A stretch of 64,000 nucleotides of DNA from Macrostomum lignano. Lineage: Eukaryota. The position numbers and the translations under genes were made by a program. How positions within the stretch are numbered: position 1 is the stretch's first letter; each line of letters starts with the position of its first letter. Positions 13,101 to 24,389 of this stretch are shown here, piece by piece. The DNA lies in NCBI GenBank assembly GCA_002269645.1, contig NIVC01000962.1, positions 248,001 through 312,000 on the forward strand. The letters run 5' to 3'. The notes under the pieces were generated by a model. The model was not told where the DNA came from and did no database searches. It saw nothing but the letters and a program-made list of their open reading frames with translations.

Positions 13101-13894
13101 GTGAATGGTTGGCCAGGAGACCGATGGAATTCCTTCAGGGCGAGCCCGAAGGTTTCCCAATCAGTATTTCTGGCGTTCCGTCTCCACGTAACACGAGTTG
13201 CGCCACGCGCGGCCATTAGGTTGAAGGAGATGAACTTGTGATCCGAGAGTGAGGACACTGGAAGCACCCGCCACGCTCCAATACTCTGGTAGAGTCTGGG
13301 CGTTGCGAGCGTAGCGTCGATCGCCTCCGACCACCGTCCGTTGTCAAAGGTAGGGGTAGACCCAGAGTTGCAGAACTCGAGGGTCGTAGAGGCAACGTAA
13401 GCTAGGAGGTCTTCGCCTCTCTGATTAATGCCAGTGCTGCCCCAGTGAGTGTGGTGGGCGTTGATGTCGCCGGCAACCATGAGCTCGTAGTTTTTGGCAG
13501 AGCAAAGCTCTACCAGCGTAGCGAGGGCTCTGGGGACGACCGCAGCATCACCTGGTAAGTAAACCGAGGCGATGAGGGTGGTCTTCCCAGGAAGGAGGTC
13601 CTCGGATTGGATGACGCAGATGTCCCTGTTGGACAGGTCCGATCTGAGCCACGCACTGAGCGTTTTGCTCGCAAAGATGCAAGCTCTGGGAGGCTGGTTG
13701 GCCTCGCGAGGGTAAGTATAAAAACAATTATAGCCGTCAGGGGCGTTTTGAGGCTTACCTCTGAGAGTCCAGGGTTCCTGGACGAGGATGAGCCCCGGCT
13801 TGTCGAGCTCGGCGTAACACATAAGGTTGACCGAGGCTGCGACGCAGTGTTGCAGATTAATCTGCAGGCAATGGATTCCCTGGTTGCTGATCAT
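10191..13894 (-). CDS. LINE ORF2: AP endonuclease, reverse transcriptase, RNase H and C-terminal CCHC finger; one frameshift near 10670
   Basis: APE motifs QINLQH, LVQEP, GDINAH, SDH. RT motifs KAPGPDG, FRPISL, GSPQGGVLSP, YADD. RNase H motifs YTDGS, HSDSQAAL, WIPGHAGFPGNELAD. CPFC..H..C lies in the 10191-10760 frame, which joins the main frame if one C is added to a C5 run. Confidence 0.9.
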
Positions 13895-13896
13895 TA

Positions 13897-15363
13897 TCAC
13901 GCAGTTGGGGAATCGTTGAGCAGATCATCCTCCTCCTTTTCAGTGGTGGGTGACCCGCAGACCTCCATGGGAGTTTCAGCGTCCTCAGCAGTTAGGGTGG
14001 CTGTGGAGTCCTCCGCGGACGTGAGCCCAGCGTGGACGTTACCGTCGCCTCCCCTGCGTGCTTCGTTGCTGTCACTGCCCGTCCCCTCTGCCTCGTCGGT
14101 CAGGTCGATGCGGGTGGCGCCAGCCTCCTGGTGAGTCACAGACTCGAACCAGTCGGTCGGAGCCTCCCCGCTTAGAGCCTGGCCTTCTGGCTGTTGGGGT
14201 GGAGCGCGAGAGGCGCGGGCCCGCTCACGATGCGCCCGAAGGCTCTTGGCCTGGTCCAGCGCGCGCTGGATCAGGCCGGACCTCCGGGTGCTCCTGGCGG
14301 GTCTGCGATTTCGGTTTCCGGTTTCAGCAGCGCGAACTGCCTTACCGGGCATAGGATCGACCGTTTGCCTCGGCTTCTTTGCCGGAGGAGCCTGGGCCCC
14401 AGTTCCGGTTTCGGAAGCCTTGGCATTCTTGGCTTCATCAGCTTTCCGCTCCTCGCAACGGAGGATGGTCAGCTGAGTCAGACCAATATGAATTGTGGAC
14501 TTAGGCGGCAAGCGCTTAGCCCAGTCATCAGAGAGCCCTAGGATCACCGTAGCCCCCTTCTCCTTGCGGGAAGTGGCGTGGTGTAGGAGCCCATTGACCT
14601 CAAGGTCGGGGTGCAGCTTTAGCAATATTTGCCTAAGCTGATCTCCGGACTTAATGGCACTGCCGGCCGGGATCCAGACGCGAAAGCGCTGGGTCTTCTG
14701 TCGCTCGCCCTCGCTGGCGAAGACGAGCTTGCCGAGCTTCTTGGGCCAGTTCAGCTTTGGCAGAAGCTCGCGTAGACTGCGGCTGCTCTCCTCCGAGTTG
14801 CACCAGATGAAGATGCAGCCGTCGGTCTTGGCAGACTTGACCACGCTCACAGGGCGGCCCGCCAGGAGCTGGTCGATGAGCGCAGCATCAATGGTGCGCC
14901 AGGCACTGTCGAGCTCGTCGGCCGTGAGGTCCTGCTCTTCCCCGAAGACGATGACCGCCGGTTGGAGCTTGACCTTTGAGGCATAGTTGGTGGCGGCGGT
15001 TCCCGAAGGCCCGGCCGCGCTTGTAGCAGGTTTACTGGGTGGCTCACCAGCGGGGGTTGTATCCTGGGGGGCAGGGGTTGCTGTGGCTCCTTTCGGCCCA
15101 ACAGCAGCCTCGCCCTCCCTAGGTTCCCCCTTCGCCGGTGGCCGGCCCGCAGTATCCCGCAGTCACCGTCGTCGCTCGTTGCGGCGTTGGTTACGGGCGC
15201 GTCGGGCTTCAGCGGAGGGCCCGGTTGCGCGTGCGGGCATGTCACCGGCGGAGCCGGCGGCAAGCCCATCTGCCCCCGGTGGGGCGGCGCTGGTGCCAGA
15301 GTCACCGGCCGGAGTTGCCGGGGCCCCGGCTTCAGCGGGGTTTAAAGAGGCGGGTGACGCCAT
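13897..15363 (-). CDS. LINE ORF1 (489 codons) with one in-frame TGA at 15163-15165
   Basis: The 15363 ATG and the 13897-14850 ORF share a frame; hand translation across 15165-14850 shows only one stop. No CCHC knuckle is visible. Confidence 0.75.
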
Positions 15364-15546
15364 AGCTGAAAGCGGGAAGGAGTGAGCTGAGTCACAAAAG
15401 AAAGAGGAAAGAAGAAAAAGAAAAGGACCGCTAGCGACCGGACAACCCCCCGGCCTTCCAGCCCATCGGCACGGTCAAACACCTTAGGCATTAGGGGGTA
15501 CGTTAAGCAGTACCACGGCCTGCAGGCTGGCAAGCCAGACCTGCAT

Positions 15547-15833
15547 ACCCAAGTTCGGCCGAAGCCACTGGATGGGTCACCAGCGTCGGAGCCCAGTCTG
15601 TCCAGCAGCCCTAGGGTCTGCCTTGAACACACGCGGGGACGAGTACCCTGGGTCGACTTGCGAAACAGCGTGAGGGGGGGGGTCTGCGGTTGCCAGCGGC
15701 AAATAGCGGGTGCAGACCTCCCTCCAGCCTTGACCTGCTGAAGATAGGGGCAGGCGTGAAGCATCGCAGACCGTAGCCCATAGGCCTGGTCTGTCTCATA
15801 CTTCACTGGCGTGCTGAATACACCTTCGCGTGC
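15547..15833 (-). ncRNA. HDV-like self-cleaving ribozyme at the LINE 5' end
   Basis: P1 GCACGCG/CGCGUGU with G1-U wobble; P2 ACCCA/UGGGU; P3 GGG/CCC; L3 UACUCGU; P1.1 AC/GU; P4 UCAAGGC/GCUUCGG; J4/2 containing CGAA. G1 (15833) directly abuts the TSD. Confidence 0.8.
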
Positions 15834-16228
15834 GAAATACACCTTTTCTCAGCATGAATTTAAAATGAAATTATTCATTGCAAAAAAGTTCACCCTACAA
15901 ATACGATTTATTGCAAACTTTGTTTTTCAAAAATATTTAACAGAAAATTGAAATCTTCAAGTAGAACGAGCGGCTGAATTTGCACAGACAAAGTTGAATT
16001 GCAGATAAATTTTGTAAAATTCTGCGAGCCAATTAACGCCTCCTCAACCTGAGTGTTGCGTCCGGATACAACAGAGAGGCTGTGCATGCATGAGAATGAA
16101 TGCTAATGCAATTGCAGACGATGCCAAAGTCACGAGGTTAAATGAAGTTTGATGCAAAGAAACAGCTGCTTGTGGCGTGCTGGATAGTTACTGTGGTGAG
16201 GTCGGAGGCTCAGGGAGCCCTAGGCTGC

Positions 16229-16662
16229 TCAGGCTCCCAGACGCGTGACCTGCAGCAGTGTGGCGCTCGGACTGGCGCTAACCCTGACGATGGGGCCGTT
16301 GCGAAGCACTATCAGACGGGCCCAGTCTCCGGGCTGCAGGCGCAGCTTCCTCTGCACTGAGCAGCCTGTCCGGGACACCGCCGCTGGCCGGCCGTTCACC
16401 AGCAGGCCGACCGGCACAGCGGAGGCCTGCTCGGGCGAGGTGAACGTCACGTGACCGAACAGGTCGTAGATGCCGGCCATGCTGATGCGGACTCGACCGT
16501 CGGCTGGCGACAGTCGGAATGGCGACGGCTCTGAGCAGTCGGGACCGACACAGCGGAGCGGGGCCAGCGACATGGTGCCTGCGGGATCGATTGTTCGGTC
16601 GACTGATTGGTCGGTTGCTTGATTTATTGGGCGATAGGTTGATTGGGTGATTAATTGGTTGG

Positions 16663-16697
<35 letters not shown>

Positions 16698-16782
16698 ATT
16701 GATTGGTTGGTTGATTGATTGATTGATCGATTGATTGATTGGTTGATTGGTTGGTTGATTGGTTGATAGATTGATTAGTTGG

Positions 16783-16813
<31 letters not shown>

Positions 16814-18192
16814 GTTGATTGATTGATTGGTTGATTGGTTGGTTGGTTGGTTGATTGATTGATTGGTTGGTTGATTGATTGATTGATTTCTTGATTTCTT
16901 GATTGATTGATTGATTGATTGATTGATTAATTGGTTGGTTGATGGATTGGTTGATTGGTTGGTTGATTGATTGATTGATTGACTGACTGATTGATTGGTT
17001 GGTTGATTGATTGTTGGATTGACTGATTGATTGATTGATTAATTGATTGATTGATTGGTTGACTGACCAATTTGTGGGGAAAATTCGAACTCACGACAGT
17101 GATAAAGTTTATAGAACAAAGTATATTTTCCTATTCCTTTCACGGACGCGATGCCACTGTACTTGTAGGTAAGCAAAATCCTCACCCTTGAACACGTAGT
17201 CGCCACCGCTCCGACACTGCAGTACCCTCATCGACTGCTGCTGTTGCCTCGCCTTAGTGCACTGCGGCAGCGAGCGCAGATCTAGTGCGTAGGATCTCTG
17301 CGAGGGTTGCGAGGGGGTGAGTGCTTGTCTGGGGGTGGAAAAAGTGCAGAAAATCCGGGGCAGAAGCTTGGAATTTCCTTGTAGAGTGCGCTGGATTATA
17401 CTAGTGAGGAGGCGTGGCAGGGGAACTCTGGGGTACACCTGACCAGAACTGCATAGCAACGCTTACCATGCAGGACAAGCGCTCATAGGGACCCTTGATA
17501 AAATTGAGCAAGGGCTAAAAATAGCTGTTCTGAGTTCATTCTGCCTGCTTTCTCTGTCTTCACGGCTGTCTTTATGTTTATCTGTTTTAGTATTCGTCTG
17601 ATTGGCCTATAGTGTCTTTCAGCATGTCTTTGTGTCGGTCTCTTGCTGTCTGTCTGTATGTCTAAGTGTCAGTGTGCATGTAGTAGTGTCTCAATGTCTT
17701 TGTGCCTGCATGCATGTCCTAGTGTCTATCTGCATGTCCTCCTAGTGTCTGTCTGCATGTTCTAGTGTCTATCTGCATGTCCTAGTGTCTATCTGCATGT
17801 CCTAGTGTCTATCTGCATGTCCTAGTGTCTATCTGCATGTCCTAGTATCTATCTGCATGTCCTAGTGTCTGTCTGCATGTCCTAGTGTCTATCTGCATGT
17901 CCTAGTGTCTGTCTCACAGCGCCAGACTCACAATCAAAATCGTCGGGGCTGCAGGCAGATGTTTCGCAGCTGAAGAATGTGCCTTGCCTTCATTGAAAGT
18001 GGCATTCTGTTGAACAGGAGACTTGGAGCCGGCTCCATGTCGCGGCCAGAGTTTCAGGCAGACAATTGAAGAGGCGAGCAACAGGCAGAGCAGTGCTGAG
18101 ACGCATGTCATTCTCAAAGGCTTTGAGACAGTCGGTTGTTCGTTGGGAGTCTGCGAGGGAATCCGGATGAAGCTGTCGTTGGGCTTTGGCAT
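16229..18192 (-). CDS. Type II membrane protein with C-terminal TNF-like domain; predicted exons 18192-17932, 17297-17186, 16578-16229 (about 240 aa)
   Basis: N-terminal hydrophobic helix CVSALLCLLLASSIVCL. C-terminal motifs VRISMAGIYDLFGHVTF and LQPGDWARLIV plus a terminal strand resemble the TNF homology domain. GT-AG sites are phase-compatible (0, then 1); the exon 2 acceptor is the least certain. Confidence 0.55.
16600..17065. repeat. (GATT/GGTT)n microsatellite, intronic
   Basis: Direct reading. Confidence 0.9.
17705..17915. repeat. 20-bp tandem repeat (CTAGTGTCTATCTGCATGTC), intronic
   Basis: Direct reading. Confidence 0.85.
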
Positions 18193-18989
18193 TATTTTGA
18201 GCTTGTTCTCCTTGTAACGAATATTGAATCTGTGATTGCAGGTGCACGCGCAATCGACACGGGACAAGAACCAGCACGACTCCATGCCTGGTATCTGCCG
18301 TATATAAGAAGGGGGGGGGGCGATTCCGCGGACTAAAAGATATGACTCAGAGCGTTGGTTTTGCGGAAAGAGGTAGTAAATAATTGGCAAAAGGCACCGC
18401 ATTTGCGCAGCAATTGGATCGAGTAAAATCAGTTTGCACATACGAGGATGTTTGATGCTTCGGTAGCAGATTTTTGACATGACGTAGAGCGGAACTCCCA
18501 TGGAAGGCACTTTGGCTTTTTAACTAACAAGGATGTAGCTGCTGCCACCTAGATTAACTGAATGTCAGATGGAACATTAGCGATTTAAATTGCACAGAGT
18601 TACCGTTTAGGGAAAGCAAAGGGAGGTTTGTGAATGAGAGACAGTTGGGGATTAGTGACTGAGGGAAAGATAGGGATTAGTATATGCGGATGGGGACACG
18701 TGAAAGTATTAGTGTGTTAGTTCATTAGTGTATTGGTTAAAAATAAAACAAGAGATTATAATTCTATAGAAACAACTATATTCCCTAAGGTACATAAATA
18801 AGTACCTGGTAAAAATACATGACGTGTATATAGAATATTATACTTAAATTTGCATTGCAAACGAGACTGACATTTTTATCAGTTAAATATCATTTCATTT
18901 ATCCGCAAATAATTAGCGATTAGTAATAGTAAAGGCAGAAAATTATCAAGCAGTTAATGGCGCTTTAACTGTATAAGCGCAAGCTGATT

Positions 18990-19200
18990 CTGCGTCAGCG
19001 TGTCAGGAGGCGCCCCAGCGAACTGACACAGCGAAGGCCTGCTCGAGTGATCGAGGTGAACGTCACGTGACCGAATAGGTCGTAGATGCCGGCCATGCCG
19101 ATACGGACTCGACCGTCGGCTGGCGACAGTCGGAATGGCGACGGCTCTGAGCAGTCGGGACCGACGCAGCGGAGCGGGGCCAGCGACATGGTGCCTGCGG
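18990..19200 (-). pseudogene. Partial degenerate duplicate of the last exon of the TNF-like gene
   Basis: Near-identical to 16440-16590, including the acceptor, up to HVTFTS; indels and divergence follow. Confidence 0.75.
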
Positions 19201-20014
19201 GATCGATTGGTTGCTTGCTTGATTGGTTGTTTGCTTGGCAGCTTTCTTGCTTGATTGGTTGTTTGCTTGGCAGCTTTCTTGCTTGATTGGTTGTTTGCTT
19301 GGCAGCTTTCTTGCTTGATTGGTTTTTTGCTTGGTAGCTTTCTTGCTTGATTGGTTGTTTGCTTGGTAGCTTTCTTGCTTGATTGGTTGTTTGCTTGGTT
19401 GATTAGTTTGGTTATCTGGTTGTTTGGTTTGCTTGGTCGGTTGGTTGGTTTATTGATTGATTGATTGAGCAAGTACACACTGCATGGGCATGAAAGTACA
19501 CTGGCGAAGAATAGCTTCAATCCCCTCAGCCAACTCCTATACCTTCATGGGAACTCACAAATGCAAGTTGTTGCCACCCAGTCCAACCCACTATAATGCA
19601 GAGGGCAGCTCCAACCGAAACACTGAAGCGCACTGAAGCGCACAAAAATCAGGGAGACTGGCAAACAGCTGGTAGATTTCGTGGTAGAAGCGTCCGTTGA
19701 GTGGCATTGTGTGGCCAAAGTAATCTTTCGTAGAAATATAATTTATGGAAATACATGTGCACGAAATTCACGAATGTACATGTAGACATGCAGTATGGGA
19801 ATTCCATGGACTGGATTTACTGCTAATTATAGAAACTATGCAATACATTCCTTGAGGGCCAACAAGGCAATTTGCTGTACTATTCATATTAGAAATTTCA
19901 TAATGTGCTACGTTTTTGGTTCCCATTTCTTCTTCGAGCAGAAATCCCCAGCATGACGTGACGCGGGCAAGCATTGCTCTCGCCCTGCACAGCACCCTCT
20001 CACCTGCTTGAACA

Positions 20015-20625
20015 TTTGCAACCTCTTCATCACCCTCACACCCTCTCAATCATCCTTCAACTCTCTTTATTACCTTGACACCCTTTTCACAACCCTCACA
20101 CCCTCTTCATTGCCCTCACACCCTCTTCATTACCCTCACACCCTCTTCATTGCCCTCACACCCTCTTCATTACCCTCACACCCTCTTCATTGCCCTAACA
20201 CCCTCTTCATTACCCTCACACCCTCTTCATTGCCCTAACACCCTTTTCATTGCCCTCACACCCTTTTCATTGCCCTCACACACTTTTCATTGCCCTCACA
20301 CACTCTTCATTGCCCTCACACCCTCTTCATTGCCCTCACACCCTCTTCATTGCCCTCACACCCTCTTCAGTACCCTGACACCCCGTTCATTACCCTCACA
20401 CGCTCTTCATTACCCTCACACCCTCTTCATCACCCTCACATCCTCTCAATCATCCTTCAACTCTCTTTATTCCTCTCTTCATTACCCTGACACCCTTTTC
20501 ACAACCCTTACACCCTTTTTATAACCCTCACACCCTTTTCATAACCCTCTTACCCTCTTCCTTACCTTAACACACTCTTTGTTACCCTCACACCCTTTTT
20601 ATCACCCTCTAACCCTTTTCATCAG
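20015..20625. repeat. About 20-bp C/T-rich minisatellite (CCCTCACACCCTCTTCATT[G/A])
   Basis: Direct reading. Confidence 0.9.
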
Positions 20626-21249
20626 CCCCCACCGTCCCGTTCCTTTCTATGGCGGCATGGCACACGGAAATGACAAACTACGCTCGTAAACAAACCTGGG
20701 TGACACAAAAAGCTTATTGAAGGTATCAGAGATAGGACTGCTCACTCCGAAAGGAATATTTATATATTTTAGAACTCATATGAGATCTCAAAAGAAGACT
20801 TTGACACGAGAAACACTCACAAGCAAACAAGCATCAGTTTGTATAACAATAATTTTTTGTCATGCAATCAGGAGGCCTAAAACCGCAAAAAACAAGAACA
20901 GACTGACAAAAACGCTAAGATAGTCAAACGCAGACTTGTAAAATCTATTTAAAAAGTTGTGTCAACAATGAGTTGAACTCAGTTTGATCAGCAAGCTGCT
21001 CTGAGAGGCCGGCAAACAATCAATTTTCCTGGAGAAAAAGGGGAATGAAAAGCATGGAATAACAGACTTCGGGAATGGCATAACGCCCCTTGACATCAGA
21101 AGCATCACATGGACACGGACGAGCTCTGCTCAGTATATAAAAATATAAAAACAAGCAAGTGAGAGTAAAAAGGCATAAACAAGCCGTTATCGTCAAAAGA
21201 CTAATGTTTTCAAATAAATTAGAAACTGCACTGGACTTCCGCTGGCAAT

Positions 21250-21950
21250 GGGAGGGTGAGGGAGGCAGGGGAGGGTGAGGGAGGCAGGGGAGGGTGGGGG
21301 AGGCAGGGGAGGGTGAGGGAGGCAGGGGAGGGTGAGGGAGGCAGGGAGGGTGGGGGAGGCAGGGAAGAGGGTGAGGGAGGCAGGGAAGAGGGTGAGGGAG
21401 GCAGGGAAGAGGGTGAGGGAGGCAGGGAAGAGGGTGAGGGAGGCATGGAAGAGGGTGAGCGAGGCAGGGAAGAGGGTGAGGGAGACAAGGGGAGGGTGAG
21501 GGAGGCAGGGGGATTGTGAGGGAGGCAGGGGAGGGGGAGGGAGGCAGGGGAGGGTGAGGGAGGCAGGGGAGGGTGGGGGAGGCAGGGGAGGGTGAGGGAG
21601 GCAGGGGGATTGTGAGGGAGGCAGGGGAGGGTGAGGGAGGCAGGGAAGAGGGTGAGGGAGGCAGGGAAGAGGGTGAGGGAGACAAGGGGAGGGTGAGGGA
21701 GGCAGGGGGATTGTGAGGGAGGCAGGGGAGGGTGAGGGAGGCAGGGAAGAGGGTGAGGGAGGCAGGGGGATTGTGAGGGAGGCAGGGAAGAGGGTAAGGG
21801 AGACAGGGAGGAGGGTGAGGAAGGCAGGAGAGGGTGAGCGAGGCAGGGAAGAGGGTGAGCGAGGCAGGGAAGAGGGTGAGCGAGGCATGGAAGAGGGTGA
21901 GCGAGGCAGGGAAGAGGGTGAGCGAGGCAGGGAAGAGGGTGAGGTGGCAG
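21250..21950. repeat. G/A-rich 20-21-bp minisatellite (GGGTGAGGGAGGCAGGGAAGA)
   Basis: Direct reading. Confidence 0.9.
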
Positions 21951-22080
21951 GCAAGATGTAAAAAAGACCTATAATGGCGGCAGACGGATAGTGACAACAC
22001 AGCAAAACACACCGCACATGAGACAAGCGGATTCAACAAAACAACAAACAATGGAAGCACATTGAATTTTAATTCTCACA

Positions 22081-22307
22081 CTCGTACAAAGTTAACCAGA
22101 TGGCTGGTACAGATGTACTAATTCTTACTCGTACAAAGTTAACCAGATGGCTGGTACACATGTACTAATTCTTACTCGTACAAAGTTAACCAGATGGCTG
22201 GTACACATGTACTAATTCTTACTCGTACAAAGTTAACCAGATGGCTGGTACACATGTACTAATTCTTACTCGTACAAAGTTAACCAGATGGCTGGTACAC
22301 ATGTACT
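22081..22307. repeat. 47-bp tandem repeat, about 4.8 copies
   Basis: Units start at 22081, 22128, 22175, 22222 and 22269. Confidence 0.9.
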
Positions 22308-22951
22308 TTAAAAAAGACAAATGAAAAGCCGGTCAATAGCAAGATACATAATGCAATAAAAATTTCCAAAGCGAGGAGCTTGTATAGAAACTAATGGTTG
22401 GATTTTCAAATTTCTTAGACGCTACTTAAAGTAGAATCTGATGGGACATAGCCTAGTGGTCTGGAGCGGGAAGCCAGCGGCTTAGGCTTGATTCCAAGTG
22501 CAGTCACTAATTTGGGGCTAAATTGGAATCTCGGTTTAGCTCTGATCGTGCAATTAACGTTGTAAAGTGTGCATGCATAACGATAAGCTTGTGTGCCTGC
22601 TCAGGGGAGTCGGCGAAATGGGCAGTAATGCCTCTAGCCGGTTGTGTGACAATGTCGCTTAAAGTGCGCCAGGGTGCACAGCCCCTCTGCCTCTGATAAA
22701 AAGTTTAATCCGAAACTTGTAGGCTCCATCCATATTGCTGTTACATTGCAACCCGCCGTGGACAAGAAATCCACTTTCATAACATTAGAAGACAAGACAG
22801 CAGCAGAGCCATCAATCAAATGATAAATTCTGACAAAGTTCAAGAGATTCGCTAAACGCGTACGTACCAGACAGGACTAAAAGTGCAGCGCATTAACTGT
22901 TATTCAGAAAGAGTCAATTGTTTATATCAATGTTTTAGCTAGACCTTCCGA

Positions 22952-23131
22952 TCAAGCCTCAGCTGCCGGTTGCGAAGCAAAGTACACGAAGACAATAATG
23001 AAGAGAACGATGAGCACCAGGGTGGGCAGCACAATGGTCACCACCTGGTTCGGCAGCGTGGCCTGGTCCCGTCGCTTCTCCTCCCGATCGTGACGGGTGC
23101 GCTTCTTGGGGATGGACTTGTACCGCTTCAT
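22952..23131 (-). CDS. SMCO4: Single-pass membrane and coiled-coil domain protein 4 (59 aa)
   Basis: MKRYKSIPKKRTRHDREEKRRDQATLPNQVVTIVLPTLVLIVLFIIVFVYFASQP matches the length and pattern of SMCO4 (basic N-terminus, then VLPTL...VFVY TM helix). Confidence 0.85.
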   Translation of the reverse strand: MKRYKSIPKKRTRHDREEKRRDQATLPNQVVTIVLPTLVLIVLFIIVFVYFASQPAAEA

Positions 23132-23234
23132 GTCTGCAATGGGCGGTTGTGTGCGCACTGCACTACTGACCTGATTGCAGCGAGTAGGGTGGTTTGAAAG
23201 CTGACAGGAAAATGGGAGGGCAGCGGTGGCCAGC

Positions 23235-23885
23235 AACTGAGGATCTGGGATACTGGCCCAGAAACTCACTCTGGGAGGCTGGCCCAGCAACTGAGGATCT
23301 GGGAGACTGGCCCAGCAACTGACTCTGGGAGGCTGGCCCAGCAACTGACTCTGGGAGGCTGGCCCAGCAACTGAGGATCTGGGAGACTGGCCTAGCAACT
23401 GAGGATCTGGGAGGCTGGCTGCCCAACTGAGGATCTGGGAGACTGGCCCAGCAACTGAGGATCTGGGAGGCTGGCTGCCCAACTGAGGATCTGGGAGGCT
23501 GGCTGCCCAACTGAGGATCTGGGAGGCTGGCTGCCCAACTGAGGATCTGGGAGGCTGGCTGCCCAACTGAGGATCTGGGAGGCTGGCTGCCCAACTGAGG
23601 ATCTGGGAGGCTGGCTGCCCAACTGAGGATCTGGGAGGCTGGCTGCCCAACTGAGGATCTGGGAGGCTGGCTGCCCAACTGAGGATCTGGGAGGCTGGCT
23701 GCCCAACTGAGGATCTGGGAGGCTGGCTGCCCAACTGAGGATCTGGGAGGCTGGCTGCCCAACTGAGGATCTGGGAGGCTGGCTGCCCAACTGAGGATCT
23801 GGGAGACTGGCTGCCCAACTGAGGATCTGGGAGGCTGGCTGCCCAACTGAGGATCTGGGAGACTGGCCCAGCAACTGAGGATATG
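23235..23885. repeat. 28-bp minisatellite (GGCTGGCTGCCCAACTGAGGATCTGGGA)
   Basis: Direct reading. Confidence 0.92.
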
Positions 23886-24389
23886 GCAAGGTTTTCCGTC
23901 TACTATAATATATATATCAGTAAGTCAATTCTTGCTTACATGTTGAAAATTGATTAATCAGTCAAATTTTTTTGCTAAAGACAAGCAGATAATATCGATG
24001 CGAAGATGTTTATTTCAAATCAAAATGACTGCGCTATGAGTGACAAGAATATGCATTACTGAGGACATGGTAGAGCAGAACAGGATACTTCGCAATCAGC
24101 AAACTAATATTCTAATTTAGAATACTTTCTATTGCTGCAAAATTAACTGGTAGATTTTACGATAAAAAAATGCCTCACATATGAGAGTACTACTAATGCT
24201 TCAGTAGGCACAGGCGAACAAATAGACTGGCAGACAAATACTGACAAACTGGCAGTGATGGACATGGCAAATAGTGCTGCCAAATTCTTAACTGAGAGTC
24301 CACTACGAGTATTTTAAGCACAATAGAGCATTGCTAGAAGGACTGAGCCTGAGTATCTGGGAGGGCGGCAGCTTTCAGCTCAGGAGCTG

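Larger units (their letters stand above)
10078..15833 (-). mobile_element. Full-length non-LTR retrotransposon (APE-RT-RNaseH; LOA/Lian-like, R1/I group)
   Basis: Two ORFs on the minus strand; 3' tail TAAGTCAAGTAAGTAAGTC. 12-bp TSD GAAATACACCTT at 10066-10077 and 15834-15845. Confidence 0.92.

Noticed and set aside
10569-15385. Multiple plus-strand ORFs overlapping the LINE (and similar antisense ORFs over PTGS, SNX and BEL)
   Set aside because: Antisense shadows of GC-rich coding sequence.
22445-22500. Possible degenerate tRNA/SINE boxes (TAGCCTAGTGG ... GGCTTGATTCC)
   Set aside because: The B-box has two mismatches and no cloverleaf or tail can be built; too weak to call.
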